In this document: one piece after another, positions 32,178 to 33,060 of the stretch
Position numbering within the stretch: position 1 is the stretch's first letter
Layout of the letters: each line of letters begins with the position of its first letter
Source: an uncultured Christensenella sp.
Lineage (GTDB): Bacteria > Bacillota > Clostridia > Christensenellales > UBA1242
DNA length: 33,060 bases
Assembly (NCBI GenBank): GCA_964368395.1
Contig: CAYJAI010000004.1
Span: forward strand, 1 to 33,060
Reading direction: 5' to 3'
Notes under the pieces: generated by a model
The model's database searches: none
Seen by the model: only the letters and a program-made list of their open reading frames with translations
What the model was told of the DNA's origin: nothing
Position numbers and translations under genes: made by a program

Positions 32178-33053
32178 ATGTATTTGAAGAGAGTGATAAA
32201 AATATTATGGGTTAGTTGTTTTATTTTTTTTATATTCGTATATAGTGCACCTTGTTCGCAGAGTATGGAGGAATTTTACACTACCACTTCGAAGTCTTCT
32301 TTTAGTAATGGTAAACCAAGCAAGGTGATTTTAGGTGGGGATATAATAGGGTTTGAGTATATGGGGGATGGGGTTTTGGTTTTATCCAACAACAGCATTG
32401 CTACCTTAGGGGGGTATCTAGAAAACACCTCAAAAGGGCAGTTGTATTCCGGAGATATTATATGTAAAGTAGATGATATTGAGGTTAGTAGCGCTGAACA
32501 ATTATCCAATATTTTAAATAAAGGAGAAAAGCAAGGTCAGGAAGTTGTTCTCAGTATTCGGCGTGATGATAAGAGTATAGAAGTGCAAATGCTTCCAGTG
32601 TATGACTTATTTGCTAAAAAATATAAGTTAGGCGTTTGGGTCAAAGATAGGGTGAGGGGCATAGGGACATTAACTTATATTTGTCCGGATACCGGCCGAT
32701 ACGGTGCTTTGGGTCATCCTGTTACCGATGAGACTACGGGAAAAGTTCTAGGCGTTAAGGCGGGGAAAGTGTATAACTGTAACATTTTAGGAGTGTCTAA
32801 GGGGGCAAGAGGTGTCCCGGGCGAATTGCGCGGCACTATTTCTAAAAGAAGAAGTTTGGGGACAGTGGCTAAAATCAATGATTTTGGGGTTTATGGTGAG
32901 ATAGAAAGCGAAAGTCTTATAAATTCAGGCAAGTTAGTAGAGGTTGGAGGGCGTAAAACTGCAAAACCGGGTCCAGCACAAATACATTCTTCTGTGGACA
33001 ATGGAGGAGAGTTTGATATTAGGCTCTATATTAGTAGATGGACAATTTTTTAA
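32178..33053 (+). CDS. spoIVB: SpoIVB-type S55 peptidase, N-terminal ~2/3 only (TM/signal, PDZ, His region). The ORF stops 7 nt before the window end
   Basis: PDZ GDIICKVDDIEVSSAEQLSNIL, GIGTLTYICPDTGRYGALGHPV catalytic His region. The C-terminal Ser-containing region is not present. Confidence 0.75.
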   Translation: MYLKRVIKILWVSCFIFFIFVYSAPCSQSMEEFYTTTSKSSFSNGKPSKVILGGDIIGFEYMGDGVLVLSNNSIATLGGYLENTSKGQLYSGDIICKVDDIEVSSAEQLSNILNKGEKQGQEVVLSIRRDDKSIEVQMLPVYDLFAKKYKLGVWVKDRVRGIGTLTYICPDTGRYGALGHPVTDETTGKVLGVKAGKVYNCNILGVSKGARGVPGELRGTISKRRSLGTVAKINDFGVYGEIESESLINSGKLVEVGGRKTAKPGPAQIHSSVDNGGEFDIRLYISRWTIF

Positions 33054-33060
33054 TACTGTT

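Overview
AT-rich 33 kb chromosomal segment from an endospore-forming low-GC Firmicute, probably Clostridia-like. Every credible gene is on the + strand, and all minus-strand ORFs in the track look like shadows of + strand genes. Three conserved Firmicute neighbourhoods are joined here. (1) ruvX plus a DUF1292 gene. (2) The translation/transcription cluster rpsB-tsf-frr-uppS-cdsA-rseP ... nusA-ylxR-ylxQ-infB-rbfA-nrnA-truB. (3) efp, spoIIIAA-AH, asp23, nusB, xseA, xseB, argR, recN, spoIVB. Both large clusters lack several members of the Bacillus subtilis order within this window: pyrH, dxr, proS, full-length polC, rimP, accBC, folD, ispA, dxs. The only accessory-looking stretch is about 7.4-12.7 kb, in the slot where polC and rimP normally sit. 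It holds a 513-aa protein built like the PolC N-terminus plus OB fold plus DEDDh exonuclease, with no polymerase or PHP part. Next come an orphan 927-aa cytoplasmic multidomain protein that may be translated from a leaderless mRNA, a small helical ORF that looks translationally coupled to it, and a 47-aa ORF with its own near-consensus promoter. A second recurring oddity is that the long intergenic spacers (250-620 bp) mostly carry their own locus-specific degenerate tandem repeats. The clearest case is a phased array with about 21.5 bp spacing upstream of rpsB. Other points: EF-P has Arg instead of Lys at the modified loop tip, nusA has a terminator-like leader hairpin, argR has an ARG-box-like operator, and the spoIVB ORF stops before the catalytic-serine region right at the window edge. 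No tRNA, rRNA, CRISPR, transposase or integrase was recognised. All functional calls come from reading motifs by eye. No database search was possible.
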